Assembly (NCBI GenBank): GCA_026395685.1
Contig: JAPLYG010000008.1
Location: 15,225 to 79,224, forward strand
Length of the DNA stretch: 64,000 nucleotides
Source: Candidatus Parcubacteria bacterium
GTDB lineage: Bacteria; Patescibacteriota; Patescibacteriia; CAIXNZ01
Direction of reading: 5' to 3'
The notes beneath the pieces were generated by a model, which did no database searches, had not been told where the DNA came from, and saw only the letters and a program-made list of their open reading frames with translations. Every line of letters starts with the position of its first letter. The first letter of the stretch is position 1. A program made the translations under genes and the position numbers. This document shows, piece by piece, positions 37,747 to 48,135 of the stretch.

Positions 37747-38847
37747 ATGAAAGTAGCATTATTACATGATTACCTTAACCAAGCCGGCGGCGCAGAGCGG
37801 GTACTTTTAGCTTTGTCCAAACTTTATCCCGATGCACCGATATATACCCTGGTTCATAATCCCAAACAATTACATGGCTTTGAAGATAAAATTATCCATA
37901 CTTCTTTTTTACAGAAAATGCCCTGGGCCGGATCAAAAATCCGCTGGTATTTACCCCTCATGCCAACCGCAATTGAACAATTGAATTTAAGCGGATATGA
38001 TATAGTAATTTCCTCTTCCTCCGCCTTAATAAAAGGCGCAATTACCCCTCCGCAAACTATGCATATTTGCTATTGCCATACTCCGACTCGCTATTTATGG
38101 AGCGAAGCCCATTCTTATGCCAAAGAAATAAAAGAGGGAAAAATTGTCAAGTATTTCTTGCCTTTATTATTGAATTCATTGCGCAGCTGGGATCAGATAG
38201 CGTCGCAAAGAGTTGATCATTTTATTGCTAATTCCAAATTTGTCAGCCAGCGCATAAGAAATTATTATCACCGCGAGAGCGAAGTGATTTATCCGCCGGT
38301 TGATACTGAAAATTTTTATATCTCTCCAGAAATAGACAATTACTACCTGGTAATTTCCCGCTTAAAACCCTATAAAAAAGTTGACCTGGTCATTAAGGCT
38401 TTTAATAAACTCAACATGCCGCTGAAAATTATCGGCACTGGCGAGGAAGAAGCTCGGCTTAAAAAAATGGCCAAATCAAATATTGAGTTTCTGGGTCCGG
38501 TAAGCGAAGATAAAAAACGCGAATACCTCTCCAAATGCCTGGCCTTTATCAATCCCCAGGAAGAAGATTGGGGCATTACACCTGTTGAAGCCATGGCCTC
38601 CGGCCGTCCGGTTATTGCTTATGCGGCGGGCGGGGTTTTAGAGACTGTTATTGACGGCCAGACAGGAAAATTATTCACCGAACAAAGCTGGGAAGCCTTA
38701 ATTGATACGATTTTGAAATTCAAACCTCAGCAATATGATCCCCATTTTATTAAAAATCATGCTGATCAGTTTAATACTCGGCATTTTTACCAGAACATCA
38801 AAAACTTCGTAGATAACAAATGGGATGACTTTAAAAAAAGTGAATAG
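37747..38847 (+). CDS. Glycosyltransferase family 4
   Basis: MKVALLHDYL..GGAERV, CHTPTRYLW, EDWGITPVEAMASG. Confidence 0.92.
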   Translation: MKVALLHDYLNQAGGAERVLLALSKLYPDAPIYTLVHNPKQLHGFEDKIIHTSFLQKMPWAGSKIRWYLPLMPTAIEQLNLSGYDIVISSSSALIKGAITPPQTMHICYCHTPTRYLWSEAHSYAKEIKEGKIVKYFLPLLLNSLRSWDQIASQRVDHFIANSKFVSQRIRNYYHRESEVIYPPVDTENFYISPEIDNYYLVISRLKPYKKVDLVIKAFNKLNMPLKIIGTGEEEARLKKMAKSNIEFLGPVSEDKKREYLSKCLAFINPQEEDWGITPVEAMASGRPVIAYAAGGVLETVIDGQTGKLFTEQSWEALIDTILKFKPQQYDPHFIKNHADQFNTRHFYQNIKNFVDNKWDDFKKSE

Positions 38848-38953
38848 TGAATAGGTAAAGAAGCTGGTAAATATATAGTTTAAGGCTAAAGTGTTAACCC
38901 AAGCACATTACCTCCGACACCTATTAGCATCTTAACCTTAACCTAACCCCCTT

Positions 38954-40096
38954 ATGCAAATAGCCATCGATATCCGTTGCCTAATGTCGCCAACTTACAG
39001 CGGAGTTGCCCAATATACCCATAATCTCCTCTGTAATCTCTTAAAAATTGATCGCCATAATCAATACAAGCTTTTTTATAATTCCGGCCAGGATGTAAAA
39101 AAAAATTTACCGAACTTCGATCAGCCAAACGTGGAAATTTATGGCTTTAACTACCCAAACAAACTAATAAATAGTTCCTTTTTATTTTTGAATTACCCGA
39201 AAATTGAAAAACTATTGCATGGTTGCGACTTATTTTTTATTCCGAATCTAAATTTTTGTGCCCTAGAATCTGCCACCCGAAAAATTATTACCATCCATGA
39301 TTTATCTTACGAGCTTTATCCTCATTTTTTTTCCGACAAACAAAGACTTTGGCACCAGCTTATTAGGCCTAAAAAATTAATAAGCCAATGCTATAAAATC
39401 ATTGCTGATTCTGAAAATACGAAAAAAGATTTGCAAAGAATTTATCAGCTACCCGCTGAAAAAATCAATGTGATTTATCCGGGCTTAAATCATGATTTTT
39501 ATAAGCTAATTGAACCAAACCACCCAAAATTTAAAATAATAAAAGAAAAATACAATTTGCCCGAAAAATTCATTCTGTATCTTGGAACAATCGAGCCCCG
39601 CAAAAATATTATCGGCATTATTGAGGCTTTTAATTCTTACCAGGCAAAAAACAACAGAACTGATTTAAATTTAGTTATTGCCGGCGCCCAAGGATGGAAA
39701 AATAATAATGTTTATAAGGCAGCGCAAAATTCTCCCTATAACAGCCAAATTATTTTTACTGGCTATATTGCGGAAAGCGACAAGCCTTATTTATATAGCC
39801 TGGCTGAACTTTTTGTCTTCCCCTCTTTTTATGAAGGCTTTGGCTTCCCGGTTTTAGAAGCGCAAGCTTGCGGCGTTCCGGTCATTGCTGCTCTAAATTC
39901 TTCATTCCCTGAAATTCTGGCTGACTCAGCAGCCTTAATCAATCCTGACAGCATCTCCCAGCTGGCCGTAGAAATCGAAACTATTTTAAATGACAGTATT
40001 TATAAGCAGTCTATAATTAACAAAGGGATAGCTAATTGCCAGCGTTTCTCCTGGCAAAAATGCGCCCAAGAAACTTTAAATCTCTTTTCACTTTAA
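38954..40096 (+). CDS. Glycosyltransferase family 4 (mannosyltransferase-like)
   Basis: TIHDL, LGTIEPRKN, FPSFYEGFGFPVLEA, FSWQKCA. Confidence 0.92.
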   Translation: MQIAIDIRCLMSPTYSGVAQYTHNLLCNLLKIDRHNQYKLFYNSGQDVKKNLPNFDQPNVEIYGFNYPNKLINSSFLFLNYPKIEKLLHGCDLFFIPNLNFCALESATRKIITIHDLSYELYPHFFSDKQRLWHQLIRPKKLISQCYKIIADSENTKKDLQRIYQLPAEKINVIYPGLNHDFYKLIEPNHPKFKIIKEKYNLPEKFILYLGTIEPRKNIIGIIEAFNSYQAKNNRTDLNLVIAGAQGWKNNNVYKAAQNSPYNSQIIFTGYIAESDKPYLYSLAELFVFPSFYEGFGFPVLEAQACGVPVIAALNSSFPEILADSAALINPDSISQLAVEIETILNDSIYKQSIINKGIANCQRFSWQKCAQETLNLFSL

Positions 40097-40106
40097 TTTT
40101 TTCAAT

Positions 40107-41243
40107 ATGTCAAAAATCGGTATTGATGCCAGAATGTACGGCAAAGCCCAGTCCGGTATAGGTAATTACATCAAACAGCTTTCCGCTGAGATTTTCCTAC
40201 TGGACAAAGAAAACGAATATTATCTTTTCCTTTTGGAACCGATTTTTTCCCAATATCAAGCGCCTCATGAAAAGATCCATAAAATAAGAGTGACTTCTTC
40301 CTGGTACAGCCTGGCTGAACAAACCAAGTTCCTGAGAGAGATAAATAAATACAAATTAGACTTAATGCATTTTCCCCATTTCAATGCCCCGATTTTTTAT
40401 AATCGGCCCAGACTGGCGACTATCCATGATATTATTCCTCATTTTTTCCCGGGCCATAAACAAAAAACCTGGTACCGTAAAAAGGCTTATGAGCTGGTTT
40501 TACGATCAAATCTCAAAAAATCCGCTAAAATTATCACTATTTCGCAGGCAACCAAGAATGATTTAATGAAATTCTATAATCTCCCGGCAGACAAGGTGCC
40601 TGTGGTTTATTTGGGGATAGAAGCACACTTTATTAAAAGCGAAAATTATGCTAAAATAGAAGAGCTTAAACAACGCTTAAAGATTACCAAGCCATACATC
40701 TTTTTTCTCAGTGCTTGGCGCAATCATAAAAACTTTGAAGGGCTGATTAAAGCCTTTGAAATTATAAAAAAAGAGGCTGCAATTGACTGCCAATTAGTAC
40801 TGGGCGGACAGGAAGATCCGTATTATCCCGATATAAGCCAAACTATAAAAAAATCACCCAATCAGGAAGATATTATCACCCCGGGATTTATCAGTGATGA
40901 AGATCTCCCCTTATACTATAACGCGGCTGAACTTGTCGCTATTCCCTCCTTTTATGAAGGGTTCGGACTAATCGGCCTGGAAGCCATGGCCTGCGGTACT
41001 CCGGTTGCTTCCTCTAACGCTACCAGTTTGCCGGAAATTTATGGGGATGCCGCCCTATACTTTGATCCGCATGATCCCAATGACATGGCTGAAAAAATCA
41101 AACAGCTTCTTATTGATAAAAATTTAAAGGAAGACTTAATCCGCAAAGGCACAGAACAACTTAAAAAATATTCCTGGCAGAAATGCGCGCAGCAAACCCT
41201 GGGAATATATCAACAGATACTCCAAGCAAACCGTGCGAAATAA
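40107..41243 (+). CDS. Glycosyltransferase family 4
   Basis: IGIDAR, TIHDI, HKN, PSFYEGFGLIGLEAMACG. Confidence 0.92.
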   Translation: MSKIGIDARMYGKAQSGIGNYIKQLSAEIFLLDKENEYYLFLLEPIFSQYQAPHEKIHKIRVTSSWYSLAEQTKFLREINKYKLDLMHFPHFNAPIFYNRPRLATIHDIIPHFFPGHKQKTWYRKKAYELVLRSNLKKSAKIITISQATKNDLMKFYNLPADKVPVVYLGIEAHFIKSENYAKIEELKQRLKITKPYIFFLSAWRNHKNFEGLIKAFEIIKKEAAIDCQLVLGGQEDPYYPDISQTIKKSPNQEDIITPGFISDEDLPLYYNAAELVAIPSFYEGFGLIGLEAMACGTPVASSNATSLPEIYGDAALYFDPHDPNDMAEKIKQLLIDKNLKEDLIRKGTEQLKKYSWQKCAQQTLGIYQQILQANRAK

Positions 41244-43875
41244 AAAGTTAAATCTACCTTACAAACCCATGCCCAAAATTAAAAAAACAAAAATTAAAAC
41301 CGCCTTAAAGAAGGCACAGAAAAAGACCATGAAAGCCAGAAAGCCTTCAAGACTTAGAGTTGCCTCCAGGATTAAAAAGCCGGCACTTTCAAGAAAAATA
41401 AAAAGGACATTAAGAATGCAAACAAAGTCTGAAATAATAGCTAAGCCCAAATTCATCCCCAAACCGGGCTATCTTGTTCCGCTTAATCCTTTGCCTCAAA
41501 GACTGGCTGCTCCTCCCAAACCGAAATTGATGCATAATAAAAATGGACAGCCTTCCCGACACGTATTAAATTTGAAAAAACTCGCGCCGCAGGATATAAA
41601 AGATGAGGCCATAGATCAAGATAATTACGAACATTTAATCAATAAATTTGCAGGCAAAAAGAATTTTAAAGCAAATTTTATACGAAAAGTCAGCCAGATT
41701 CAACAAACCATTACTACTCCAAAAAATAAAAGTGCTCGAACTCCTTTGGAAAAAAAAATTTCCGGTCCAATTATTCTGCCGCCAAGAGAACTAGTAACTC
41801 CTGATCTTACTTTGAAGTCAAGCCAAGAGACCAGAACCTTTAATAAATACCTGCCATTACGCTGGCCCAAGGCGATTTTAGCTTTTGTTATTTTCTGTCT
41901 GGTGATTGTGGCGCCTTTTCATATTTATAATTATTACCAAACGCTGCAGGGGAAAAAATCCGATGTCTTAGAACAAGCCAGCCAGGCGCTTATGCATTTA
42001 GCCACTTCTCAGAAAGCAGCTTCCGCGAAAGATGCTTATTATACGGGGATGGAACTGCAACAAAGTGCTGCCAATTTTTATCAGGCAAAATCAGATCTCG
42101 ATGATATTAATGTGCTGATTAAAGGCTTGATCAAACTGAGCCCAGAACTGGATAAGGAATTAACTACCGCCAATAATCTGGCTGATGCCGGAGAAAAGCT
42201 AGCCTCCAGCGCCGCTCTGCTTGCCAGCGCAGTCGATGAAATAAAAATTAATAAATCAGTTGATAAATTAAATTTAACTGACAACTTGGCTGTTTTAAAG
42301 GATAAATTAAATTTAATTTTACCTGACCTTGAGGCGGCAAATGAAGATCTTAATAATGTCGCCCTGGAAAAATTGCCGGAAAATTATCGGGATAAAGTTA
42401 TTACGCTGCAGGAAGCATTGCCGCTGATAATAAGTAATATTGATAATTTTATTAATTCTTCAGATCTTTTATTGAAAACATTAGGCCAAAATACAAGCCA
42501 GCGCTATATGATCCTTTTCCAAAATAACAATGAGCTTCGTCCGACAGGAGGTTTTATCGGAAGCTATGCGATTGTTGAAATTGATAAAGGAAATATTGTA
42601 AAGATTGATGTGCCTGGTGGCGGACCTTATGACTTAAAGGGCCAATTAAAAGCGACAATTGAATCTCCGATTCCCCTTCATTTGGTAAATACCAGATGGG
42701 AATTTCAAGATGGCAATTGGTATCCGAATCTGCCCACTTCAGCTGAAAAACTCACTTATTTATATCAAAAAAGCAGCGGCCCGACAGTAGACGGCATAAT
42801 CTTTATCAATGCAACTTTAATGCAAAAAATATTAACTATTACCGGCTCGATTGATTTGCCAGAATATAATTTAACTTTGGATGCGGATAATTTTATCTAC
42901 CAAATTCAAAAAAATGTTGAGCTGGACTACAACAAGGAAGAGAATCGACCCAAGGAAATTATTAATGATTTAATCCCCCAATTATTTACTAAATTGACAA
43001 ATTCTGATTCGGAACAATTCTTTTCTCTGCTTGATTTATTTATTTCATCTTTAAATGAAAAAGAAATACAGTTTTATTTTACTGATCCGGAGATGCAACG
43101 ATTTATCAATAAAAATAACTGGGGCGGGCGGATCAAGGATACTACGGGTGATTATTTAAATATTATCAGCACCAATATCGCCGGCGAAAAAACAGATGCC
43201 AAAATTGAGCAAACCGCATTTTTGGATGTTAACGTACAGCCTGACGGTTCAATAATTAATAAGCTGACAATTACCAAAAAACATAACGGCACTGAAGGTG
43301 AATTATTTTATGGCGTGCCTAATCTTGATTTTATGAGAATTTATGTGCCAAACGGCAGCCAGCTTTTATCGGCCCAGGGATTTGAAACAATTCCCTCTGA
43401 ATTTTTTCTGGTAACAAATCACGCTGTCTATGAAAAAGATCCCGATATTTCACAACAAGAAGTAACTAAAAACATTGACGGCCAAAGCGGTACGGAAATT
43501 TACTCTGAAGAGAATAAAACTGTTTTCGCTAATTGGTTTAAGGTAAATCCCCAGGAATCAAAAACAGCCTCAATCGAATATCAGCTGCCAATCAAGCTGG
43601 ATTTAACCAATAATACTCCGAGCAACATTCTGGAAATTATTGCCAGACAGCTTAATTTTAATCGTGACGATGTCTTGTCAGAAAAAACTTATTCCCTACT
43701 TTGGCAAAAACAATCAGGCAAACGAAATTTTAATATCCACGTTAGTGTCCACTTTCCGCTAGAATTAAAAGCAAAATTCATTTATCCGAATTATATTCAA
43801 AAAGATCTGCAAACCTTTACCCTGACCGATGAATTAAATATTGATAAATTCATGGCTATAAATTACAATGAGTAA
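41233..43875 (+). CDS. DUF4012-like single-pass membrane protein with a basic N-terminus
   Basis: YMILFQNNNELRPTGGFIGSY, WEFQDGNWYP, VDGII, RIYVPNGSQL, WQKQSG. Confidence 0.75.
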   Translation: MRNKKLNLPYKPMPKIKKTKIKTALKKAQKKTMKARKPSRLRVASRIKKPALSRKIKRTLRMQTKSEIIAKPKFIPKPGYLVPLNPLPQRLAAPPKPKLMHNKNGQPSRHVLNLKKLAPQDIKDEAIDQDNYEHLINKFAGKKNFKANFIRKVSQIQQTITTPKNKSARTPLEKKISGPIILPPRELVTPDLTLKSSQETRTFNKYLPLRWPKAILAFVIFCLVIVAPFHIYNYYQTLQGKKSDVLEQASQALMHLATSQKAASAKDAYYTGMELQQSAANFYQAKSDLDDINVLIKGLIKLSPELDKELTTANNLADAGEKLASSAALLASAVDEIKINKSVDKLNLTDNLAVLKDKLNLILPDLEAANEDLNNVALEKLPENYRDKVITLQEALPLIISNIDNFINSSDLLLKTLGQNTSQRYMILFQNNNELRPTGGFIGSYAIVEIDKGNIVKIDVPGGGPYDLKGQLKATIESPIPLHLVNTRWEFQDGNWYPNLPTSAEKLTYLYQKSSGPTVDGIIFINATLMQKILTITGSIDLPEYNLTLDADNFIYQIQKNVELDYNKEENRPKEIINDLIPQLFTKLTNSDSEQFFSLLDLFISSLNEKEIQFYFTDPEMQRFINKNNWGGRIKDTTGDYLNIISTNIAGEKTDAKIEQTAFLDVNVQPDGSIINKLTITKKHNGTEGELFYGVPNLDFMRIYVPNGSQLLSAQGFETIPSEFFLVTNHAVYEKDPDISQQEVTKNIDGQSGTEIYSEENKTVFANWFKVNPQESKTASIEYQLPIKLDLTNNTPSNILEIIARQLNFNRDDVLSEKTYSLLWQKQSGKRNFNIHVSVHFPLELKAKFIYPNYIQKDLQTFTLTDELNIDKFMAINYNE

Positions 43876-45823
43876 TTTGACTGAACAAAATGAAATAAAT
43901 TCAACAGAGCAAGAAGCCAAGCAAACATCGAAGGAAAAAAATAAAGAAATTGATAAGGAGTTAAAAAATATTTACCGTGACAGCCACGGCAAAATGCCAA
44001 ATTTAACTCAGCTTGATTATTTGCTCCCAAACAGCAAACGCAATATCTTTATTGGTTCTGTTTTTGTTTTAGCTGTTTTTTGTCTTATTACTTTTTTTGG
44101 GTTTCTTGTTTTTAAAAATAATCCGAAATTTAGCAATAAAAAAGTAACGATGGAAATTAAAGCGCCCTTTACCTTAAATTCCGGAGAACTTATAAACTAC
44201 CACATTAAAATCACTAATAATGAAGGAATCAGCCTGACCAAAACACGACTTGATATTAATTTTCCGCTTAATTTTAGTTTTATTAATGCTAATTTGCCGA
44301 CCAGCGATACACCCGCAACCGGAAATAATATAAAAACTTGGAACATTGGGGATTTAATGCCTGAGCAGAGCGAAATAATCGATATTAACGGTTATCTTAT
44401 CGCCCCGCTTAATTCTAAGCAAGTTTTGGCGACGACCTTAAGCTACACCCCGACGAATTTCAGCTCAGAATTTCAAAAAAATGAAAATTTCACCACTGAA
44501 ATAATTAATAGCTTAATTAATATAGAGTCAGAATATCCGGCTCAGCTCGCAAATAAGGAGGTAACAGATCTCAAAATTAAAATTCGCAACAAGTCAGAAC
44601 AAACCGCGTTAACTAACCTCCAGGCAGAATTTGAATTTCCTCAGGAATTTTCTCTTTTAACCGGCCAAATTATGGCTAAAGGCCAAACCGCCAAGGATAT
44701 TATTATTCCCAAAAATAAAGAGCCAGAAACTTCTCCTTACATCTTAGAACTGGGCGGACTGCTGCCGCAGGAAGAAAAAATAATCATCTATCATGGTAAA
44801 TTTGAAGTTTCAGAAAGTAAAAAGCTAGACTTTAATCTGAGAGTAAAGCAAAAAGGATCAGCTGGTGAATATATACTGCAAAAAGAAGCACAATTTAGCA
44901 TGGAAATTATTAAAGGCGATTTATTAGCCAATCTTATAATCCAGGGATCAAATCAAAATAAGCCGGTAAATTTTGGCGATACTTTGAGTTTCTTAATCTC
45001 CCTACGGAATAAAAGCACTAAAGCGTTAGGAGATATAAAAGTGAGCGCCATCATAGAATCAAGCCAATTGGACAGGAATAGTTTTTCTGACCAGAATAAT
45101 GGCCGGCTTGATGGCAGCCAAATTCTTTGGACCAAAGAGCAGATTCCCGAATTAGCCTTGCTTTTGCCGGAAGAAGAAATAGAAATTAATTTTCAAATTA
45201 AAATTAAAGATTTTGAAAGCGCTAAGACGTATTCAGTAGAGGACCTGCAAATTAAAAGCTTCTTTGAGACTCAGGTTAATAAAATAAATAATGAGGAGAC
45301 AGAAGTTGAACTTGAAAGTAATATTATTATTAATGAAATAAATACTAACCTGGCACTTGAATCACAGGGACGTTATTTCGGCAATAACAGTGAAACCATT
45401 GGTTCTGGACCGCTGCCTCCGATTGTTGGCCAAAAAACAACTTACAAAATTTTCTGGAAGTTAACGAACTCACTTCACGAAATCAGCAATATTGAAGTTA
45501 AGACAAAACTTCCAGATTATATTATCTATGAAGGAAACAATAATTTGAGCGCCGGGACATTAATTAAAAACGGAAGCAATGAACTCGTCTGGCAAATTTC
45601 ACGTGTTCCTGTTTCGGTTAATGAAGTAACCGCTGAATTTGAAATATCATTAACCCCTAAATCCAACGATGTCCAAAAAGTACTTACACTAATGCAGGAT
45701 ATTTATCTTAAAGCTACGGACAACCAAACTAAAGGTGAACTTTTACTTAATGCCCCCGGGATTACCACTAATCTTGACACAGACCCCTTGGGCAAGGGCA
45801 AAGGCTTGATTCTGGCAGAATAA
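43868..45823 (+). CDS. Single-pass membrane protein with tandem beta-sandwich (DUF11/Ig-like) domains
   Basis: One TM; SGELINYHIKITN, WNIGDL, GSGPLPPIVGQKTTYKIFW. Confidence 0.7.
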   Translation: MSNLTEQNEINSTEQEAKQTSKEKNKEIDKELKNIYRDSHGKMPNLTQLDYLLPNSKRNIFIGSVFVLAVFCLITFFGFLVFKNNPKFSNKKVTMEIKAPFTLNSGELINYHIKITNNEGISLTKTRLDINFPLNFSFINANLPTSDTPATGNNIKTWNIGDLMPEQSEIIDINGYLIAPLNSKQVLATTLSYTPTNFSSEFQKNENFTTEIINSLINIESEYPAQLANKEVTDLKIKIRNKSEQTALTNLQAEFEFPQEFSLLTGQIMAKGQTAKDIIIPKNKEPETSPYILELGGLLPQEEKIIIYHGKFEVSESKKLDFNLRVKQKGSAGEYILQKEAQFSMEIIKGDLLANLIIQGSNQNKPVNFGDTLSFLISLRNKSTKALGDIKVSAIIESSQLDRNSFSDQNNGRLDGSQILWTKEQIPELALLLPEEEIEINFQIKIKDFESAKTYSVEDLQIKSFFETQVNKINNEETEVELESNIIINEINTNLALESQGRYFGNNSETIGSGPLPPIVGQKTTYKIFWKLTNSLHEISNIEVKTKLPDYIIYEGNNNLSAGTLIKNGSNELVWQISRVPVSVNEVTAEFEISLTPKSNDVQKVLTLMQDIYLKATDNQTKGELLLNAPGITTNLDTDPLGKGKGLILAE

Positions 45824-45834
45824 AGAACAATTAT

Positions 45835-45869
45835 AAAACCCCGCGCCGTTTCTGGTGCGGGGTTTTTTT
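45835..45869. terminator. Bidirectional terminator
   Basis: AAAACCCCGCGCC...GGTGCGGGGTTTTTTT between convergent genes. Confidence 0.8.
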
Positions 45870-46779
45870 ATCTGGATTTTTTTAGCAATTTATATAATTT
45901 ATATTTTAATTCATTTATCGGCAATTCCCAAGCCCCCTGATAGTGCACTTCAAAGCCTCCAAATCCCAGTTTAAACCTGGTAACCCCCGGCCACTTTACT
46001 GGATCTATGCCCCAAAAATCATAATATTTATAACCCAGTTTCTTGGCGTTAACAATTTGTTCCCACTGCAATAGATGCGGAGCCATAATACTTTTGTCAT
46101 TAAAAGAAGATCCCCCGTGCAAATAAGTGGCTGTATCCCCATAAAAAATCATCATATTGGCGCATAAAATTTTATTCTGATATTCCGCAAAAAAAATCTT
46201 GGCCATATCTTGCTGATATAATTCATGGTAATATTCCCTGCTATGTAGACGTTTGCTTTTACGGCGATAAGTATCTAAAAGCAAATCATAAAAGGCGGTA
46301 AACTGTTCTTGCTGACACGTAACCATATGCACTCCTTTTTTTGCGGCTAAACGAATATTATAACGGGTCTTCTGATGCATCTCCGCTAATAATTCCTCTT
46401 CGCTTTTATTTAAATCAAGCATTAAAGTTTTTTCCGGCTGGACAGCTTTAACTTTTTCAAATCCCAAAACAGCCAAATCCTGTTTAATTGGCTCAGTCCT
46501 GATAAATAAGCTTTTTTCATTGCGGGCCAATTCTTTGATTACCTCAAGCTTGGGATTATCCAATTCCCAAAATATACGGGGAATGTATAAATAATTGTGA
46601 CCAAAAGGCAGAGACATTTTAATAACCAAAACATAAACACCTTCTAAATCAAGCCTCCAGATTTTGCGGTTTAACTTTTGCTGGAATCCCCCCCAATCCC
46701 AGGACTGCAAAAACTGAGCCTGCGATTGCTGGCTCATTTTTTGTTCCCATTGTTCTTTGTTAATAATTTCTTTAAGCAT
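45868..46779 (-). CDS. FemAB/FemX-family lipid II aminoacyltransferase
   Basis: FLQSWDWG, HQKTRYNIRLAAKKGV, YLHGGS, HLLQWE, YDFWGI, GVTRFKLGFGG. Confidence 0.9.
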   Translation of the reverse strand: MLKEIINKEQWEQKMSQQSQAQFLQSWDWGGFQQKLNRKIWRLDLEGVYVLVIKMSLPFGHNYLYIPRIFWELDNPKLEVIKELARNEKSLFIRTEPIKQDLAVLGFEKVKAVQPEKTLMLDLNKSEEELLAEMHQKTRYNIRLAAKKGVHMVTCQQEQFTAFYDLLLDTYRRKSKRLHSREYYHELYQQDMAKIFFAEYQNKILCANMMIFYGDTATYLHGGSSFNDKSIMAPHLLQWEQIVNAKKLGYKYYDFWGIDPVKWPGVTRFKLGFGGFEVHYQGAWELPINELKYKLYKLLKKSR

Positions 46780-46782
46780 ATT

Positions 46783-47481
46783 TTAAAATGGCGGCGCTTC
46801 TAATTTTAAAAAGTTGGTGGAGCAAGTAGCCTTATCTTCATAATAATCGCATTTCTTAATAATTTTACTGGTGCCGGTTTTACGATCAAGTACATAAACG
46901 GTATTAAACCCGCCAGGTCCGTCACCGCCGCCGCATGAATATACTAAATTTCTTTCAATAAAGCCGTCTATGTGGCAAACTCCGATATCGCCCATTCCTA
47001 AATCATATTGTTTATCAAATAGCCATTTATTTTCGCCGGTTGCAGAATCTTGGGTAAAAAAGCCAACAATATTATTTTCCTTACCAAAATCTCCATACAT
47101 AATAAAAGCTTTATCGCCGCGATCAGAAATGCAAACCTGCTGCAGGCCTCCTTGGCCAAGATAATTCTGATAATCTGCTGATACCTTACTTAAATCCAAA
47201 TCAGGGAAAACTTCTTTTAATTCCAGCTGCTTAGGCCAATAACAGTAAGAAGTAACTCCGGCACCTTTGTCAGGCAAAGTATTTAAAATCTCCTCCCGTG
47301 ACTTTAGGTTCTCTTCTATTGTTTGTTTTTCAGTTTGAACTTTAGCTAATTGACTCTGTAAATCATTAAGCTGCTGAATCAAATCGTTTTGTCTTTCATT
47401 CTTAGGAGCAGCAGCAAAAGAGCAACCGCTTAAAAAAATTAAAATCCCCAGGCCAAAAATTATTACTAAAGATTTTTTCAT
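46783..47481 (-). CDS. Hypothetical lipoprotein
   Basis: Lipobox LSGC after hydrophobic core; coiled coil; CGGGDGPGG. Confidence 0.7.
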   Translation of the reverse strand: MKKSLVIIFGLGILIFLSGCSFAAAPKNERQNDLIQQLNDLQSQLAKVQTEKQTIEENLKSREEILNTLPDKGAGVTSYCYWPKQLELKEVFPDLDLSKVSADYQNYLGQGGLQQVCISDRGDKAFIMYGDFGKENNIVGFFTQDSATGENKWLFDKQYDLGMGDIGVCHIDGFIERNLVYSCGGGDGPGGFNTVYVLDRKTGTSKIIKKCDYYEDKATCSTNFLKLEAPPF

Positions 47482-47487
47482 AAATTT

Positions 47488-48060
47488 TTATTTACTTAAT
47501 AATTTTAAACATAATTTTAATTTTTCATCCATACCCAATTCCTTATCCACTTGCCTTAAGGCGCCCCGCGCCTGATCAGCAGAATACCCCAATCCGATTA
47601 AACCGTCAATTACATCCGCGTCGCTATTGTTCTTGCCGTTTAAGGAAGCGGGCGCTACTTTGCCTTTGTACTTGCTTTTTAACTCCAGGACAATCCTTTC
47701 CGCAGTTTTGGCTCCAATACCTGAAACTTTAGTCAAAACCGACACATCGTCATTAATAACTGCGGTTTCAATTTCCTCAATTGTCGCAGCTGATAAAACC
47801 CCCAAAGCTGTCTTTGGCCCAATACCCGAAACCCCGATCAATTTCTCAAATAATTCCATTTGCTCACGATTATCAAACCCGAATAAATCCAAAGCATCCT
47901 CGCGCACATGCTGGTGGGTAAAAATTTCCACTTCCTTGCCGACCTTAACTGAATTTAAAAAATCTTCGGTCACAAAAACTTTGTAGCCAATATTGTTTAT
48001 CGCCAGTTCAATGAAATTTTGACCAATGTATTGAATCGTACCCTTAAGATAACTAATCAT
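47488..48060 (-). CDS. ruvA: Holliday junction branch migration protein RuvA
   Basis: MISYLKG, VREDALDLFGF, VSGIGPKTAL, GIGAKTAERIVLEL, LIGLGY. Confidence 0.97.
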   Translation of the reverse strand: MISYLKGTIQYIGQNFIELAINNIGYKVFVTEDFLNSVKVGKEVEIFTHQHVREDALDLFGFDNREQMELFEKLIGVSGIGPKTALGVLSAATIEEIETAVINDDVSVLTKVSGIGAKTAERIVLELKSKYKGKVAPASLNGKNNSDADVIDGLIGLGYSADQARGALRQVDKELGMDEKLKLCLKLLSK

Positions 48061-48135
48061 ATATTTTATTTATTCGGACAAAAACGCCCAGCAACCTTAT
48101 ATAACTTAATAAAACTTCATAAAACCTAATACAAA

